Program-made: the position numbers and the translations under genes | Notes under the pieces: model-generated | Database searches by the model: none | Told to the model about the DNA's origin: nothing | What the model saw: the letters and a program-made list of their open reading frames with translations, nothing else | In this document: one piece after another, positions 52,081 to 55,046 of the stretch | How positions within the stretch are numbered: the first letter of the stretch is position 1 | Layout of the letters: each line of letters starts with the position of its first letter | DNA from: a gamma proteobacterium HTCC2207 | GTDB lineage: Bacteria; Pseudomonadota; Gammaproteobacteria; Pseudomonadales; Porticoccaceae | Assembly: GCA_905182245.1 (NCBI GenBank) | Contig: CAJJAS010000089.1 | Location: forward strand, 1-55,046 | DNA: 55,046 nt | Direction of reading: 5' to 3'

Positions 52081-53622
52081 TTATCTAAGCGCTCTTGCCG
52101 ACACCACTCGCACACGATACTTGGATGCTTCGGTGGAATCTGTAATAGGACCAATGCCTGTACTGATCCTAAGTTCACGACCCGCGCGCAATATTTGCGG
52201 CAACATTAACCGCTGGCCGGCACCTGAAATCGATAACTGCAACTGAACCCCAGTCATACTCACCGGACTGTTGTTTTTAGTGATGACCAGCAGATAGCCC
52301 TCTTCAGTTAAGGATAACCGCGCACTTAAAAATGACTGGGGTTCCAGCTCTAAGCGCACAGCTATTAGCTGCTTTTGAGACAGTGCCCCCAGCTCACCAC
52401 CAGCCGCACTAGCCTGCTTAAAATATCCTGCGGCCTGCTGATACTGCCTGCTGGCCATCGCCGACTGACCCAGATAATAGCTAGCTGCGGGCGTCGGTAA
52501 TAATGCATAGCTACGCTTTATATCCGCCAAGCCAAGATCTTTTTGCCCGCGCTCATGACGTAAAATTCCCCGCGCTAAATAGGGGCTGAAATGTTGTGGG
52601 TTCTTATCTATTGCCGTGGTGAAAGCCTTTTCGGCATTGCTACTATTATCATTCAGCTTCCAGGCATGGCCACGCAATTCCCAAAATGAGGCTTCTCGGG
52701 GCTGGATGGCAATGGCTTTATCAAGTTCGTTTAAGGCGGCTTTTCCGTCTTTTTTCTTCAGCGCCGCAATCGCCGATTTTTCCGCCTCATAGGCACCGGC
52801 ATCTTTGCCGAGCTGACTAATTGCCGCCTGATAGCGCGCTTTATACCGCTGGCCCCGCGGCAACGTTTGAGCCTTGGCGATATTGGCCTGGACGCGTTTT
52901 ATAGAGGGCGGGTGGCTGGCAAATAAACCACTGAGGAAATCCGCCTGTCGCCCTTCACTGAGTTTGACAAAGGTTTGCTGTAATTCCACGGCACCCTGGG
53001 GCTCATAACCGGCTTTGGCCATGTAGTTCATACCGTAATAATCAGACTCCAATTCGTCATCCCGACCATATTTGGCCATCCAAGCCGCGGCTCCGAGCTG
53101 GGATGCCATACCATAGAGCTGCGCACCATCACGGCCTGAGGTACCTATGCCTATAGCGGCAATACCAATGCTGCCCAATGTGCCGCGGGTCATCTGTGAT
53201 GCGCCATGACGAGCAGCGGCATGGACAATCTCATGGGCCAACACCGCTGCGAGCTGAGATTCGTCTTCTAATTGCACTAGCAGGCCTCGATTTATGGCAA
53301 TTTTTCCTCCGGGCAGCGCCCAAGCATTGGGCACAGAATTATTTAGCACCACAAATTCGTAGGGCAGGTCCGGCTTGTCGCTAACGGCCGCTAGTTTTTT
53401 TCCGACGCCAGCCACATAGGTCTGTAGCTTGGCATCGAGATAATAATCCCCGCCCTGCGACTGCCGCGAGGGCTGATAATTTTTTTCGCCGACTGCTATC
53501 TCCTGCTGAGGCGACATAAAAGACAGTTCGTTTTTACCGGTAACCGGGTTGACCGAGCAGCCTTGCAAGCACAGAACTGCGGCAAATAAAGCCGTGGATA
53601 GCAGGTTGATTCTGAGGACCAT
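52081..53622 (-). CDS. M48 family metalloprotease lipoprotein with TPR repeats (BepA/YfgC-like)
   Basis: Lipobox LQGC-SVNPVTG, NAWALPGG, HEIVH, DELESD, SHPP, TPR-like C-terminus; AAGGAG before ATG 53622. Confidence 0.92.
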   Translation of the reverse strand: MVLRINLLSTALFAAVLCLQGCSVNPVTGKNELSFMSPQQEIAVGEKNYQPSRQSQGGDYYLDAKLQTYVAGVGKKLAAVSDKPDLPYEFVVLNNSVPNAWALPGGKIAINRGLLVQLEDESQLAAVLAHEIVHAAARHGASQMTRGTLGSIGIAAIGIGTSGRDGAQLYGMASQLGAAAWMAKYGRDDELESDYYGMNYMAKAGYEPQGAVELQQTFVKLSEGRQADFLSGLFASHPPSIKRVQANIAKAQTLPRGQRYKARYQAAISQLGKDAGAYEAEKSAIAALKKKDGKAALNELDKAIAIQPREASFWELRGHAWKLNDNSSNAEKAFTTAIDKNPQHFSPYLARGILRHERGQKDLGLADIKRSYALLPTPAASYYLGQSAMASRQYQQAAGYFKQASAAGGELGALSQKQLIAVRLELEPQSFLSARLSLTEEGYLLVITKNNSPVSMTGVQLQLSISGAGQRLMLPQILRAGRELRISTGIGPITDSTEASKYRVRVVSARALR

Positions 53623-53714
53623 GTTGTTACTCCTTTTTGTATCTCTAAAGCGCCTATAGGTTGCTATAATGACAGCACTAAATGCACCGAATATCCACAA
53701 AATGGCAAATTTAA

Positions 53715-54482
53715 ATGATGTTGACTGTTATTTCCCCCGCCAAAAAGCTCGACTACAGCAGTACAGTTGAGCCTCAGGCCCATACTCAGCCAGAACTTCT
53801 AAGCCATGCAAAGGAATTGCTCAAGGGACTTAAAACCCTTTCACCACAGGATGTCTGCGCTCTGATGGGTCTCAGCGATAAGTTGGGCGCACTAAACTAT
53901 GAGCGTTTTCAAGAGTGGCGCACGCCATTTAATCAAAAAAATGCTCGGCAAGCGGTACTGGCCTTTAAAGGCGATGTTTATCAGGGCCTGGATGCGCAAA
54001 GTATGAGCGCTGGCGAACTTGCCTGGGCGCAGGATAATCTGCGCATTCTTTCTGGGCTCTATGGCCTACTGCGGCCGCTGGATTTAATGCAGCCCTATCG
54101 TCTTGAGATGGGCACCAAGTACAGCAATGCCAGAGGCAATGACCTGTATAAGTTCTGGGGCAATATCATCACCGATGAAATCAATAAGGTGCTTGTGGGC
54201 AAAACGCCGGTGCTCCTGAACCTGGCCTCTAATGAATACTTTAAGTCGGTGCAGACGAAAGATATCAAGGGCCAGATTATCAGCCCACAGTTTATGGACA
54301 AAAAAGATGATAAATACAAAATTATCAGCTTTTATGCCAAAAAAGCGCGAGGCCTAATGAGCGCTTACATCATCAAGAACAAAATTACTGATGTTGAAAA
54401 AATTAAGGGGTTTGACTCAGACGGCTATAGCTACAATGCCGCAATGAGTGAAGGCGACAAATGGGTTTTCACCCGCGGTTAG
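53715..54482 (+). CDS. yaaA: Peroxide stress protein YaaA (DUF328)
   Basis: ISPAKKLD, FKGDVYQGL, ILSGLYGLLRPLDLMQPYRLEMGT, NLASNEYF, SFYAKKARG. Confidence 0.97.
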   Translation: MMLTVISPAKKLDYSSTVEPQAHTQPELLSHAKELLKGLKTLSPQDVCALMGLSDKLGALNYERFQEWRTPFNQKNARQAVLAFKGDVYQGLDAQSMSAGELAWAQDNLRILSGLYGLLRPLDLMQPYRLEMGTKYSNARGNDLYKFWGNIITDEINKVLVGKTPVLLNLASNEYFKSVQTKDIKGQIISPQFMDKKDDKYKIISFYAKKARGLMSAYIIKNKITDVEKIKGFDSDGYSYNAAMSEGDKWVFTRG

Positions 54483-54507
54483 ATTTTTTAACGAGTTTGG
54501 ATGGCAT

Positions 54508-55046
54508 ATGGATAAGCCCTTTTCACAAGCCTGCATCAATAATCGCGGCCCGATTTCTGGGATTCTAGAGCGGGTCTTTGCGGACAAAAGAAATATTCTC
54601 GAAATCGGCAGTGGCACCGGCCAGCATGCTGTTTGGTTCGCCAGTAAAATGCCGCACCTGTCTTGGCAGACAAGCGATCAGGCTCAGTACCATGGGGGGA
54701 TCAATCAGTGGATCGGTGAATGTCCTTCCCCTAATCTACTGGCCCCCATCCCCTTGAATGTACTCACCGACCCCTGGCCAACCAGCGCCTACGATGGAAT
54801 CTACTCTGCCAATACCGCCCATATAATGCCTTGGGAGGCTGTGGTGGCTATGTTTGCCGGCGTAGGTGATCGACTGGTAAGCAATGGGATATTTTGTCTT
54901 TACGGTCCGATGAAGTATCAGGGGGAGCTGGATGCCCAGAGTAATGTGCAGTTTGACCAACGACTACAGCAGCAGTTGCCCCATCAGGGTATTCGAGAGT
55001 TTCACGATATTAATCGTCTGGCACTGGCGGCCGAATTAGTGCTTCT
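54508..55046 (+). CDS. DUF938 family SAM-dependent methyltransferase (runs off the right edge)
   Basis: Translated by hand: MDKPFSQACINNRGPI...ILEIGSGTGQHAVWFA...WQTSD...SANTAHIM...LYGP...SNVQFD. Confidence 0.9.
   Translation, partial: MDKPFSQACINNRGPISGILERVFADKRNILEIGSGTGQHAVWFASKMPHLSWQTSDQAQYHGGINQWIGECPSPNLLAPIPLNVLTDPWPTSAYDGIYSANTAHIMPWEAVVAMFAGVGDRLVSNGIFCLYGPMKYQGELDAQSNVQFDQRLQQQLPHQGIREFHDINRLALAAELVL

Overview
About 50 kb of this window is a near-complete sigma54/sigma28-controlled, polar-type flagellar gene cluster from a gammaproteobacterium. The Na+-type stator suggests a marine organism; that is inference only. Left to right it holds: flgK(partial)-flgJ-I-H-G-F-E-D-C-B (-); flgA-flgM-flgN (+); a minus-strand flgP / flgT-like / LysM / FliK-like / FlhB-C operon; flhA-flhF-flhG-fliA plus two hypothetical genes (+); a long minus-strand run of two sigma54 activators, fliE-J, fliK-R, flhB and three accessory genes; a ClC-family gene, a Sel1 protein, fliS and a K+ channel; then motA with two tandem motB genes. 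The last ~4 kb is ordinary (DUF1566 lipoprotein, BepA-like M48 protease, yaaA, DUF938 methyltransferase). The cluster departs from textbook systems in many places. (1) No chemotaxis genes or sensor kinase are in the window. (2) The slot after fliA holds two hypothetical proteins that look like distant paralogues of one unnamed domain. (3) Both activators lack a working receiver domain. (4) There are two MotB paralogues, each with an internal duplication. (5) FlgE (946 aa) and FlgK (>=996 aa) are very large, FlgA has three SAF-like repeats, and FlhF has altered GTPase motifs. (6) Extra predicted peptidoglycan-binding (SPOR, LysM) and coiled-coil membrane proteins sit inside the operons. No rRNA, tRNA, CRISPR or mobile element was seen. 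All family calls come from reading motifs by eye, with no database search.
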